A stretch of 64,000 nucleotides of DNA, taken from a virus (Duplodnaviria; Caudoviricetes). Positions within the stretch are counted from its first letter, which is position 1, and each line of letters starts with the position of its first letter. The notes under the pieces were generated by a model, which was given only the letters and a program-made list of their open reading frames with translations, was not told the origin of the DNA and did no database searches. Positions 1-9,470 of the stretch are shown here, one piece after another. Where the stretch lies: positions 1-64,000 of IMG/VR virus record IMGVR_UViG_3300046739_000039, one strand, 5' to 3'. The position numbers and the translations under genes were made by a program.

Positions 1-73
1 CTGCACCACCATTCGCATGGTGGTGCAGACAGTTGCCACAAACCCAGACCGTACCGTAATTCTCAAGAGGCAT

Positions 74-262
74 TTAGAATAGTCCTCCACTAAAGAGAGT
101 AACCATGAGAACTCCAGCGACTACTACGATTGGCCAACCTACCAGCAATCCGAAGAATGCAAATAGAGACTTAGCCTGATTGTGCTTTGCCTTACGCATT
201 CCGAAATATCCGGAGATAGCGAAGACAGTACCGACAATGAGATAACCCGTAAGGAATCCCAT
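74..262 (-). CDS. small membrane protein, hypothetical
   Basis: 62-aa ORF with two hydrophobic segments; AGGAAG RBS upstream on the minus strand. Confidence 0.7.
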   Translation of the reverse strand: MGFLTGYLIVGTVFAISGYFGMRKAKHNQAKSLFAFFGLLVGWPIVVVAGVLMVTLFSGGLF

Positions 263-561
263 TTATGCACTTCCTTTCTAGTCGGACAGTACCGAATAGG
301 GAACTGTTAAATTCCCTATTCGACACAATCAGACTAGACCAGGAACACAAACCTACGGTCGAACTCTTCTCCGCTCATCCACTCGAACGTGTCGTCACTC
401 CACAGAACGCAACGCTCACCGTTCGAGCGCGCACCACAGACGATACCGACAATCTTGCCATTGCGAACAGTCACTGTCTAGCCTTCCGCCAACCACCCTG
501 TCTAGGTGGACAACGCATAGCTAAGCACATGTCTTAGCTACACGCAATCCCTCTAACAAGA

Positions 562-942
562 TCAGCTCTCGCGCGTCAGTCCAAGAGCCTCACGCAGGTA
601 AGGGCTCATGTTGTCTACGGCTGTCTTCAGCTCAGCCGCTACCAGCCTTTCAATGCGCCGTGTGGCGCGCTTAGCGCCTTCCTGCGTGTCCAGGAGCCGA
701 AGGGGTGCGCCGCTAGGCGTACGGCTCCAGAAACCCTCAGGAACACCCGAGCAAGGCATTACGCGGACGCTGTCAATCCGCACACCATGCGCCTTGAGTT
801 GACGCATGAGACCCTGGATTGACTCGGCATTCTTGACCAGAGGAGTACCGAGCAAACGCCAGTCACGCACAACGTGCGAGCAAGTAGACGCGTGGATCTT
901 GACATTGCCGTCATCGATGAACGCGCTAAGTGCCTTGAGCAT
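562..942 (-). CDS. hypothetical early protein
   Basis: 126-aa ORF with GGAGG RBS, co-oriented with neighbours. Confidence 0.75.
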   Translation of the reverse strand: MLKALSAFIDDGNVKIHASTCSHVVRDWRLLGTPLVKNAESIQGLMRQLKAHGVRIDSVRVMPCSGVPEGFWSRTPSGAPLRLLDTQEGAKRATRRIERLVAAELKTAVDNMSPYLREALGLTRES

Positions 943-1027
943 GGTCTAACCTCCGTGTCTGTCACCCTGTTCTAGGTGAACAACACCCATCTAAGCACGA
1001 GTCTTAGAAGGATGCAACCCATCTAGT

Positions 1028-1342
1028 TCAGAAACCTTGCCGTGCCTGAATCTCTTCACGCCACATGATCGTTAGCAAGCGGCACTCATCGTAGTAATCC
1101 TCGTATTCCTCGCTTGTGCGACCATTGAAGCCGTATTCGTTGGCTTCAAAGAAGGAAATACCGAGAATAGCCACACCTTGCGCAAAGCTACCGTAGATCT
1201 TGCCCAGCACGCACAGATAGCCACTTTCCATATCCAGGCTGTAGGCGTGAATCCTCTTTGCCCAATTCGGATTCTCCGAATCCAGCAATGCAATACCCTT
1301 TTCCATTGCAATTTCGAGTTCAATGAAACTACGCATTTTCAT
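1028..1342 (-). CDS. hypothetical protein, paralogue of 2164-2463
   Basis: GGAG RBS; shares GI..L...W..RI....LD......C.(L/I)G..YG.(F/Y) pattern with 2164-2463. Confidence 0.75.
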   Translation of the reverse strand: MKMRSFIELEIAMEKGIALLDSENPNWAKRIHAYSLDMESGYLCVLGKIYGSFAQGVAILGISFFEANEYGFNGRTSEEYEDYYDECRLLTIMWREEIQARQGF

Positions 1343-1416
1343 CTCCCTAATTGGTGGAGTAATCCACTCAGACTATAAACCCTCAAGGCTTACGTATTTC
1401 TGAGTGGAAAGCACCA

Positions 1417-1644
1417 TCAATCAGTGAAACAGGCGCGAATGAACGTGTCACGGTCGAAACGAGGATTACTCTCCGCGAACATATTCGCGAATTCATACAT
1501 CATTTCGCGCAATACATCGTGTGTCTTCTGGTGTCCTGGTGCGACCAGTCCCGGAATGACCTTTCCGTCAATCAGAATCTGTGTTTCTCGAATCTGAGTA
1601 CGGAGAATGTCAGCCGTTGCCTGAAAGTCTTCGCGAGTAAACAC
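1417..1644 (-). CDS. hypothetical protein
   Basis: GTG start after GAGG; C-terminal NPRFDRDTFIRAC motif of a type common in phage small proteins. Confidence 0.75.
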   Translation of the reverse strand: MFTREDFQATADILRTQIRETQILIDGKVIPGLVAPGHQKTHDVLREMMYEFANMFAESNPRFDRDTFIRACFTD

Positions 1645-1794
1645 GTTTTTTACCTCAGTTCCCGATACTCAGTCGAATTGTCTGCGATTCACCGGTAATT
1701 ACCCAGTAAATTCCTCCGACGATAAGCATAACCATGGCCCAAAGACCTAGAAATGCCCACAAGAGCGGCAGAATAACAAGCCTACCGATAACCA

Positions 1795-2100
1795 CTAGTT
1801 TCGCACCTTCTGTCGATTTTCGATGTATGCAGCCAATGCGTCAAGTTCTTGTTGATCCCGTTCAAGTGACGCGTTATAGTCGCGTTCAGAAACGAAATCC
1901 CTAATTGACATATCAGCCGTTACCGCTCCCATTGTGCTAAGCACAGTAGAAAGCGGATAACCGGGAGAATGCCACCATGACGCAATTGTCTGCGCACATT
2001 CGTCGGAAATGAGGTTTCCGAATTGAAGCCATTCCCAGACCTCAAACGCTACCTCATTAGTCGACAGATGGAATTGTGGATTTCTATACACAATATCCAT
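1795..2100 (-). CDS. hypothetical protein
   Basis: 101-aa ORF with AGGAAAG RBS. Confidence 0.75.
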   Translation of the reverse strand: MDIVYRNPQFHLSTNEVAFEVWEWLQFGNLISDECAQTIASWWHSPGYPLSTVLSTMGAVTADMSIRDFVSERDYNASLERDQQELDALAAYIENRQKVRN

Positions 2101-2163
2101 TGGACTTTCCTTTCCCTAGATAGTCCTAGAACCATTGAATCCGCTAGTTACTGCGGTTTGGTA

Positions 2164-2463
2164 CTAGAGTACGCTACGGAGACCGGAAATAACCAGCCTC
2201 CACGCTTCGGTAAGTTCCGCGTAATCCTCGTTCTCGTCATCGAAACCAAATGGATGACCGGAGTACGAACCTGCCGCACCGTATTGTGTCCACAGTTCGT
2301 ACTTATAGGTCCCGTACAACTGACCGATAATGCAATTGATCTGACTGTACAGATCCAGCTTATCCAGATCAATTCGATTGATCCATGCGTGAATCGAACC
2401 GTGCTCAATTGACAGGAAAGTAATTCCCGCACTGATACGGTCGTACATCTGTGCTTGAGCCAT
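2164..2463 (-). CDS. hypothetical protein, paralogue of 1028-1342
   Basis: AAGGGG RBS; sequence similarity to 1028-1342. Confidence 0.75.
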   Translation of the reverse strand: MAQAQMYDRISAGITFLSIEHGSIHAWINRIDLDKLDLYSQINCIIGQLYGTYKYELWTQYGAAGSYSGHPFGFDDENEDYAELTEAWRLVISGLRSVL

Positions 2464-2513
2464 TACAACCCCTTACAGGATTCAATGGTTTTAGCACTAT
2501 CCAGAGCCCAATT

Positions 2514-2531
2514 TTCAGTTCTCAAACAACG
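2514..2531 (-). promoter_or_regulatory. rrn-type boxA antitermination-like element
   Basis: minus strand CGTTGTTTGAGAACTGAA resembles the actinobacterial rrn leader boxA (TGTTGTTTGAGAACTCAA) and lies just downstream of two promoters. Confidence 0.55.
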
Positions 2532-2569
2532 GTCGTACTTTCCTGCGTTGTGCGCTTCGTTCTGGTCTA

Positions 2570-2598
2570 ACCGTAGTACCTGTGGTGCAGTGTGTCAA
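2570..2598 (-). promoter_or_regulatory. sigma70/HrdB-type promoter
   Basis: TTGACA-N17-TACGGT on the minus strand. Confidence 0.65.
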
Positions 2599-2649
2599 CC
2601 CGCTGTCTCAGTGCCTGTGTGGCGCCGTGCCGTTGTGCTGACAGGTAGA

Positions 2650-2677
2650 ACACTACACAGCCCCTAGGGGCTGTCAA
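2650..2677 (-). promoter_or_regulatory. sigma70/HrdB-type promoter
   Basis: TTGACA-N16-TAGTGT on the minus strand. Confidence 0.55.
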
Positions 2678-2810
2678 CACCCACTGTGCGAGTCTCTGAG
2701 AGGCTGTCTAAGAGCCTAGGAAGGCTCTAGGGTCCCCAGGGTCCACCAGACACAGCGACACCCCCTGACAGGCCATACAGGCGCGTCTAGGGGGTGTCTT
2801 GAGGTACAGG

Positions 2811-2927
2811 CTAGGGAGCCGTGACGTTGTACAGGTTCTGTCCATCCTTCACACCTACTGCCCAGCCATGCCACATACCAAGGGCATATGCCAGGACAAT
2901 AAGAAGAATTACACTAAGGATTTTCAT
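2811..2927 (-). CDS. small membrane peptide (38 aa, not in ORF track)
   Basis: MKILSVILLIVLAYALGMWHGWAVGVKDGQNLYNVTAP with AAGGA RBS. Confidence 0.55.
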   Translation of the reverse strand: MKILSVILLIVLAYALGMWHGWAVGVKDGQNLYNVTAP

Positions 2928-3033
2928 AATTCCTTCTACTTAATAGAGAGGTATTTAATGAGAAATATAAATAGATAGAGACTAAGTTAATTAACCTTAA
3001 TCTCTATCTATTTATATATACATATATTTAAAG

Positions 3034-3062
3034 AGGGTAGCGGACAGACTGTTACCTGTCAA
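3034..3062 (-). promoter_or_regulatory. promoter firing into an AT-rich palindrome
   Basis: TTGACA-N17-TACCCT on the minus strand. Confidence 0.6.
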
Positions 3063-3360
3063 CCATGCCAGAGTTGAGGTCACCAATAGCGATATCGATT
3101 GCTAGCGTAGCCTCATAAAATGAGGTCTTACCCCAATAGCAATAGATATCAATGGCGTCTTTCCTTGTAGAATTCCCCCGCTTAATGTCACGGGCGAAGA
3201 ACTCCGCCATTTCCTTATTGGTGGGGTCAATCCATGACGCACATGTCCAGCACCATTTACCACCACGATAAGTGGATTCAATGACTGGATTCACCACGTG
3301 TGGACCCTGGAATTCCTCGTATACGTGCTCATGAATTTCAGAGAACAATTCGAGTTGCAT
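3052..3360 (-). CDS. hypothetical protein
   Basis: ORF with CxxC; start moved to MQLELF, just after the upstream stop. Confidence 0.65.
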   Translation of the reverse strand: MQLELFSEIHEHVYEEFQGPHVVNPVIESTYRGGKWCWTCASWIDPTNKEMAEFFARDIKRGNSTRKDAIDIYCYWGKTSFYEATLAIDIAIGDLNSGMVDR

Positions 3361-3364
3361 TTCC

Positions 3365-3574
3365 CTATTCTCCATTCTCGGTTTTCTCAATCATTGTGGT
3401 CAGAGCATTACGCCACTTAATAGCGTCGGCATAACTGAGATATGCATTTACCTCTCTGTCAGGCTCACGCTCTAGCGTCAAGCGCACGTGAATTACGAGC
3501 CCCTTACCGGGGAGCATTGCCCGTCCGATGCTGCGTATGCCTGCTAGCCATGATGCCCTAGGACGTCCAGCCAT
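3365..3574 (-). CDS. hypothetical protein
   Basis: AAGGGG RBS before MAGRPRASW. Confidence 0.6.
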   Translation of the reverse strand: MAGRPRASWLAGIRSIGRAMLPGKGLVIHVRLTLEREPDREVNAYLSYADAIKWRNALTTMIEKTENGE

Positions 3575-3585
3575 GATCAATCCCC

Positions 3586-3765
3586 TTACGCGTGAGTCGT
3601 TGTGTTGAGCCTGTTGTGAAACTCCCTGGGGGACAGAGACTGTCCACCCGTTACCGCAAGGCTCCACAGGTCACGCGAGCATTCGGGACACCGTGACGTA
3701 CGGGTGATTCCTCCGAACGTGTGGAGTTTTCCGCATGAGCACTTGAAGAATCCCCGAATGATCAT
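3586..3765 (-). CDS. small zinc-ribbon protein
   Basis: CSC...CPEC motif; GAGGA RBS. Confidence 0.6.
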   Translation of the reverse strand: MIIRGFFKCSCGKLHTFGGITRTSRCPECSRDLWSLAVTGGQSLSPREFHNRLNTTTHA

Positions 3766-3872
3766 GATTGTGTTCCTCTCTAGCAAGATCGATTAGGTGG
3801 GTTGGCTAGATTCCCCACGGGGCCCGTGTGATCTTGCTACAGGCCCCGTGGGGGACGTTCTAGGGGTTGGTC

Positions 3873-5657
3873 CTACTCACCCCAGGGGAGTCCTACGCGC
3901 TCCGCACAGTCGGGACCGTAGCCAACGGTCACGGAACGCTCATCCGTCAGACCCTTTGCGCAGAACACACAACGCTTATGCGTGTGTCCGAACCGTGCCG
4001 CATCCTCCGCGCTGATAGCGTCCGTGGCTTTGATCACGTGAATGGACTTAGGGGAGTACTCCCACCCGTTGTCAGTGAACTTAACGGCGTAGGCAATTCC
4101 CTTGACCGTGCGAATCTTGTAATACGTGTTGTTGAAGAAATAGACACCGTTCATATCCACGGTGACATTTCCAACGAGCATTTCGTCTTTTGCCTTTACC
4201 GGCGCGTCCTTAATCTTGAGGTTTTCCACTTCCCCATCAATTACCTTGCAACGGGTAATGGCAGTCTCAGCGTTCCCCTTCCAATCCTTGTGCGCCTTAA
4301 TACCGGCCGTAAGGCTCACGCGCTCCCCCACCATGCCGTCAAGGGCAGGTGACGACGCAAACCAACTGAACACGTTACCGGACGCGTCAGACAGCTTGTA
4401 GAGCGTGCTAGAGCCGTACTGCGTTTCGACGTTCCTTTCCGTTTCCACGGTGAGTGCGAGCGACCAACGCTCCCCGATTTCCCCAACGTGAACGGAAGTG
4501 CCCTTTTCGACCTTACGGATTAGCGTCCTTTCCAGGAATCGCGCCCACGCTTGCGGAGCGCTAGCGAGAATTCCCATATTGCGGAAAGAGACTTTTTCGG
4601 CGCGGGCAATGCTCTTGAGATTCAGCACGTACTCAGATGAGCCGCTGAATTCATCCGACCCAATCCATGCGCGCAATTCCTCGGCGCGCCCGTACATGTC
4701 TGCGGAGTGCTTAGAGAGACGCTTAAGGTCCTCAAGATACTCAGCGTTCCACTTGTCACGCTTAGGCGGATTGATGACGTCAAGGACAATGCCCTTAGTC
4801 GCTCCGGGCTCATTCGTCCGCACAAAGCCATACTCAGTGACTACGGCCCATGCAATGGCAAGAGCGGTAAGCGTCGTCACGTCCCGCTCACGTCCGCCAA
4901 ACTCCCCCGTGAATTCCTCCACATCGCTTTTCATTTTGTCCGGCGAGTAGGGAAGGGCAGTCCAACCCGTGAAATCCTTAATGCACGACGAACCAACCTG
5001 AACGTATTCGCCCGTTTCCGTGTTCCGCATGACATACGTCGACTTGCGGTAACGGTCCGTCTGGCAGTGGTCACACCACCCATTGCGGAGCAAGGAACGG
5101 TCAATCGACTTGACGCCCGGATAGGTGCGGACAATCAGACCCGCGTGAATGTCGTAATCGAGCGTCGCGACGAATTCCCAGTTAGGAAGCTTCGGCGCAA
5201 TTCCCGTGATTTTCGTCATGAAAACCACGTACTCAATTTCAATGCCGAACGCGTTGGTTTCCTTTTCGGTTACCTCACGCCATTCGACGTTGAGTCCGCC
5301 CGGAATACCGCGCTTTTCGCAGCGCGCATTAATCTTTTCGATCTTTTCGCGCGTCATTGCCAATTCGTATTCATTGAGCGAGAATTCCCAGGAAATGAAT
5401 TCCTCCCCCATTTCATCCGTGGAATTCACCACGGACTCATGCATACGCGCGTCCCGTTCCGCCTTACGCGTACGGTCGCTCATACGGCGCGCGTCCGGGC
5501 TCACACGGACACAGGTACGGCACAGGCGCGCACCCTCACCCTTCCCAGGGATGACAACGCGTCCGCATGCCGTGACGTCGTTGTGCATGCCCTTAGTGAT
5601 CACGTGCATGACTGCCCCGTGGAGCCGCGCGCCCGTTGTGATCTTGCTTGCGTCCAT
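3873..5657 (-). CDS. multidomain protein with Zn site, OB-fold-like segment and C-terminal DUF6011-like zinc ribbon
   Basis: 594 aa; CDHC...VGSSC; VGEIGER...AGIKAHKDWKG OB-like; C-terminal CVFCAKGLTDERSVTVGYGPDC. Confidence 0.8.
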   Translation of the reverse strand: MDASKITTGARLHGAVMHVITKGMHNDVTACGRVVIPGKGEGARLCRTCVRVSPDARRMSDRTRKAERDARMHESVVNSTDEMGEEFISWEFSLNEYELAMTREKIEKINARCEKRGIPGGLNVEWREVTEKETNAFGIEIEYVVFMTKITGIAPKLPNWEFVATLDYDIHAGLIVRTYPGVKSIDRSLLRNGWCDHCQTDRYRKSTYVMRNTETGEYVQVGSSCIKDFTGWTALPYSPDKMKSDVEEFTGEFGGRERDVTTLTALAIAWAVVTEYGFVRTNEPGATKGIVLDVINPPKRDKWNAEYLEDLKRLSKHSADMYGRAEELRAWIGSDEFSGSSEYVLNLKSIARAEKVSFRNMGILASAPQAWARFLERTLIRKVEKGTSVHVGEIGERWSLALTVETERNVETQYGSSTLYKLSDASGNVFSWFASSPALDGMVGERVSLTAGIKAHKDWKGNAETAITRCKVIDGEVENLKIKDAPVKAKDEMLVGNVTVDMNGVYFFNNTYYKIRTVKGIAYAVKFTDNGWEYSPKSIHVIKATDAISAEDAARFGHTHKRCVFCAKGLTDERSVTVGYGPDCAERVGLPWGE

Positions 5658-5775
5658 GATCCAAACCTCTCAGTGACTGTCTGACGTGATCGTTTAGAGC
5701 GGGTGGTGAAACGGGGCCTAGGCTACGTCCTAGACGTTCCTAGGCCCCGTTGTGTGGCTTGTGGAGCCTGTGAGA

Positions 5776-7731
5776 TCAGACGGCGCAAACCTCGTGAACG
5801 ATAATGATGGACTCCCACCCGTAACGGGGAGTGCCCGTTCCGTGTGCCGCGCCGTACGCGTCCGCAATGCGCGCGTCGTCATGCGCCTGCGCTGCGTTCA
5901 TGTCCAACGTGATCCAACCCAGGTCAACCGTCGCGCCCGTGCGCTCATCAACGATCACGGACAGTCGGTAATCCATGGTGACGATCGTCTCGACAAATCC
6001 CGCGTCATTCGCGTCCGTTCCATCATCATCAATGGAGCAAACGGGACCGTTGACACCCTTTGCCTGTGCGCACTCCCCAACGTGAACGGCCGAACCATTC
6101 TCGCCGTAGCACTCGAATACGGGGGACACAGCACCCTGGGGCGCGTCATCCTCAGCATTCACGTTCATCTCTTCCAACAGTTCACACGCGGCGCAAGGCT
6201 TGTCCCCCGTGTGCTTTGCCTGGCACTCCGCGTAGAGAATGGCGGAGCAATCGGCGCACTCCGGAACGTCGCACAGGTTGAACACGTGCTCTTCCTGGAC
6301 GTCCGGCACGTTCTCCATAACGGAGATAACCGAACGCGCCATGCGGAGCGATACGGAGTAATCCGAACCGTCCGAAATGGCGACGCCATTCAAGACAGCC
6401 TCAATCGACTTGTCGGCACTCCAGTGGAATTCACCGTGTGAATCCGTGACGCTCATAGGCCACGCCTGTACGAGGATGGCTACGGCGCTCTCAGAGGGAA
6501 CAACCAACACGTCTCCATCCTTGACGTCTTCCGAGCACTGAGACGCGTTGTAAGCCTCCGCAGTGCTGTCAAACGCGTGCACACGGGACGTGTGAACAAT
6601 GGTGGGAGTAACCAGGGCCCGGCACTTAGGGCAGGAAAGCTCCGCAGCGACCATGGACACAGGCGCACCCGTGATCGCACCCTCATAGTCACAACTAGGG
6701 AGACTCGCGCCACGGTGAACCATGGTCATGCGCTCATCCATGGTGGTGGACACGTCGCACAGGAAAGAAGCCATGTAACGGGGCGAACCGGTAGAGCGGC
6801 ACTGCGTGCACTCGTACACGTAACCCTTTTCCGTCTCAGCGTAGAAACGGAGCTTATGCGTTCCCTTGGAAAGGCTGAGACGGTACTCACCGTTCACCAT
6901 GACCAAATCAGCGATTCCCGCATTTCCCATGGGAATGGAAAGGCACGGCATTACCCGAACTCCAAAACCATTCCCATCGGACATGTCCACCTGTGCGTTC
7001 TCCAGAATGGACGTCCACCACTCGTGCGTGCCTGACTCGTAATTGTCGCTAGCGATATCCCCGTATTCGAACGCGAGAATTTCCGCCACGTCCGGCACGT
7101 TCATTTCCATCACGTCACGCGTGGACTGCCCATAGCGCTTCATTTCGCGCGCAACGTCACGGCATTCCGGCGCGTGATAGTGGGAGCGTCCCGACATTCC
7201 AGGAGTGTTCTGGACAACACACACCGTGGCCACGTTGCCAACGTTCGGCGCGCCACCCCACACGGACGGGTCAACGGGGACAACAAGGGTTCCGGGGGCA
7301 AGGTGAGAGCGGTCAAGATCACACACACCCTCTGTCTTGCCGACGTAGTCCGTGAACGCACCCGTGACCGGACGTCCGCACCCGTAGAAACACTGAGTGG
7401 CAGAGGTGATGCTCTGAACGTCCGGGGTCCAGTTGGAAGGCTCTTCCCCCTGGATTTCCACACCCTCTGAAACGCTCTCAGCGTCCGTCTCCCGCGCGTT
7501 CAGCCACTCCGCGTACTCCGCACTCCGCTTACGCTCCGCCGTGCCGCAGCGCTTGCACAGGGGCGCGTCTCCCGAACCGTCGACGTAGGAAGAGATGCCC
7601 TTACCGCACAGGGTCTCGTCATTGCTCGGGGAGTAGTGGACTGCCTTGCCCTTGCCCACCATGGCGAACATGAGCTTCACAGGCTCACCCGTAGTGGCGG
7701 AAAGGATCTTGTCGTTGACGATCATGGTCAC
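5776..7731 (-). CDS. large Cys-rich mosaic hypothetical protein
   Basis: 651-aa ORF, GGAG RBS, many CxxC motifs. Confidence 0.75.
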   Translation of the reverse strand: MTMIVNDKILSATTGEPVKLMFAMVGKGKAVHYSPSNDETLCGKGISSYVDGSGDAPLCKRCGTAERKRSAEYAEWLNARETDAESVSEGVEIQGEEPSNWTPDVQSITSATQCFYGCGRPVTGAFTDYVGKTEGVCDLDRSHLAPGTLVVPVDPSVWGGAPNVGNVATVCVVQNTPGMSGRSHYHAPECRDVAREMKRYGQSTRDVMEMNVPDVAEILAFEYGDIASDNYESGTHEWWTSILENAQVDMSDGNGFGVRVMPCLSIPMGNAGIADLVMVNGEYRLSLSKGTHKLRFYAETEKGYVYECTQCRSTGSPRYMASFLCDVSTTMDERMTMVHRGASLPSCDYEGAITGAPVSMVAAELSCPKCRALVTPTIVHTSRVHAFDSTAEAYNASQCSEDVKDGDVLVVPSESAVAILVQAWPMSVTDSHGEFHWSADKSIEAVLNGVAISDGSDYSVSLRMARSVISVMENVPDVQEEHVFNLCDVPECADCSAILYAECQAKHTGDKPCAACELLEEMNVNAEDDAPQGAVSPVFECYGENGSAVHVGECAQAKGVNGPVCSIDDDGTDANDAGFVETIVTMDYRLSVIVDERTGATVDLGWITLDMNAAQAHDDARIADAYGAAHGTGTPRYGWESIIIVHEVCAV

Positions 7732-8641
7732 TCCCTGGTCTGTCGCCCGTTGTTGGGCAGGTTGCTGACTCTATGCCCTATAGGGAGCGAGGCACACCAA
7801 CCAAAGATCCTTTAGACCAAACCTTTGCCAAGACCATACCTCCACTGTCCCACTCTGTCCCCTATGTCCATTTCCCTTTGACCCTGTCAACCCTCCGCAC
7901 ACACCCAATCCACCCAATTTTGAAACGGCCGCGCGGAACATAAGACGCTACACAAACCCTCTGTACGCCTCTCTAACAAGATCCTTTACACAAGACACCC
8001 AATCACTCCAGTCCCTTCCTGGCAGGCCCGTACAGACGATTTTCACTCTCAGTCATAACTGACAGAGCATCAGCAAACACACATACTTTGCTGACTGCGA
8101 ATCAGCCATACACCCTCTGACCTGCACAGATATCAACTGACACACCGTCAGTTTACCTATGCAAACACTGACACCACGTCATATGTCACCCTGTGTTCAT
8201 GATCAGCAATGTGCAGAGCACATATACACCACTAACTACTATACGGGGTCATATACTCCTATACCAGGAATATACGACATCTCCCCTTTGTCCGATTTAA
8301 TCCCCCGTATCCCCTATATCGCACTATAAAGGGCAAATAGGACATACAAACCATAAGGAATATAACTCACAGTTACAATCATACGGTTTTTTCCCTAGTC
8401 AAACTATCCAATTTCGTCACATAGAGTGATAATCAGCCCAAAATGGACATCCCAGAGGGTGCAGAGCACATATCGGACATAATGCACATAGCCCCTAGAG
8501 CCCCCATTGATGCCTATACACACCCATACAGGGGCACACGCGACTAGTTGCATATCAGGGTCATAGCTGCCATATCGGACATAGAGGGCAAATGCGGACC
8601 CCCCTACCTTTAACGGACATATGTGGACAAAAGGGGCGCCC

Positions 8642-8705
8642 TAGTTAAAATTACGAATTTTAGATACTAAGCGAATACAGTATCCTTAGTTAAAATTACG
8701 AATTT
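8642..8705. repeat. 19-bp perfect direct repeat TAGTTAAAATTACGAATTT
   Basis: copies at 8642-8660 and 8687-8705. Confidence 0.9.
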
Positions 8706-8767
8706 CGGGTTCTATTCAAATGCAGTATCCGAATAGGGGTATAGCCTTTTAAAATTGAATTTAAGAC

Positions 8768-8796
8768 TTGACGCAGAACGAAGTTCGCTGTAAGCT
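8768..8796 (+). promoter_or_regulatory. promoter
   Basis: TTGACG-N17-TAAGCT upstream of the 8823 ORF. Confidence 0.65.
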
Positions 8797-8822
8797 ATGG
8801 CCATACTCAAGGAGGATCTTCG

Positions 8823-9032
8823 ATGGCTAGACAGAAGGTATACACCGACCACGTATTCGATACTAAGGCTAAGGCTGAGAAGTACATAAAGGACCACTAC
8901 AGTCCTGAGAAGAACTACATTATGCGGAATGCTCAGAAGGCAGGTAAGAAGGTTTCCGTAGAAGTAGAAAAGCGAGGACGCAGTAATAGCGGTAGCGATA
9001 TCCATTTCGTTATCGTTATCGTTGTAGGCTAG
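8823..9032 (+). CDS. small basic hypothetical protein
   Basis: AGGAGG RBS, own promoter and terminator. Confidence 0.8.
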   Translation: MARQKVYTDHVFDTKAKAEKYIKDHYSPEKNYIMRNAQKAGKKVSVEVEKRGRSNSGSDIHFVIVIVVG

Positions 9033-9036
9033 ACAG

Positions 9037-9079
9037 AGAAAGCCCCTTTCCGTTTTATAGGATTGGGGCTTTCTTTATT
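9037..9079. terminator. bidirectional intrinsic terminator
   Basis: AGAAAGCCCC...GGGGCTTTCT followed by a T-tract, between convergent genes. Confidence 0.6.
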
Positions 9080-9230
9080 TCTATCGGCGTACTAGTTCTC
9101 CGGTACATCCCAGTCTTGGACACTGTTTTGTATCAGTTGTTTCCGCCTTGCATTTCGTACATCTGTATACGGGTCTTGCTGGTTCATCTCTTTTTGCCAT
9201 TTTAGATTCGCTTTCGTTAGATTAGGATCT

Positions 9231-9470
9231 TTAGATTCGTCCCTCATTCAGAATAACTATTGTCTTTCTGCCTCGGCAATTAATACTGGGGCAGGTATTG
9301 AGAGAAGTTCTCAAACCGCAGTTAGAGCACTTTCTCATGGGTCTGTCCGGCAGTCTGATAGGTCTTACGTCCTTCATCTTCTCTCCTGTCTTGTTCAGCT
9401 CCCCCTTCGGAAGCGTTGCTTGGCTCTTAACGGGCTTACAAGGCCCTTCTGAGGCTCTGTAGGTACTCAT
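9231..9470 (-). CDS. small zinc-finger hypothetical protein
   Basis: CSNC...CPSINC; GGAG RBS. Confidence 0.55.
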   Translation of the reverse strand: MSTYRASEGPCKPVKSQATLPKGELNKTGEKMKDVRPIRLPDRPMRKCSNCGLRTSLNTCPSINCRGRKTIVILNEGRI

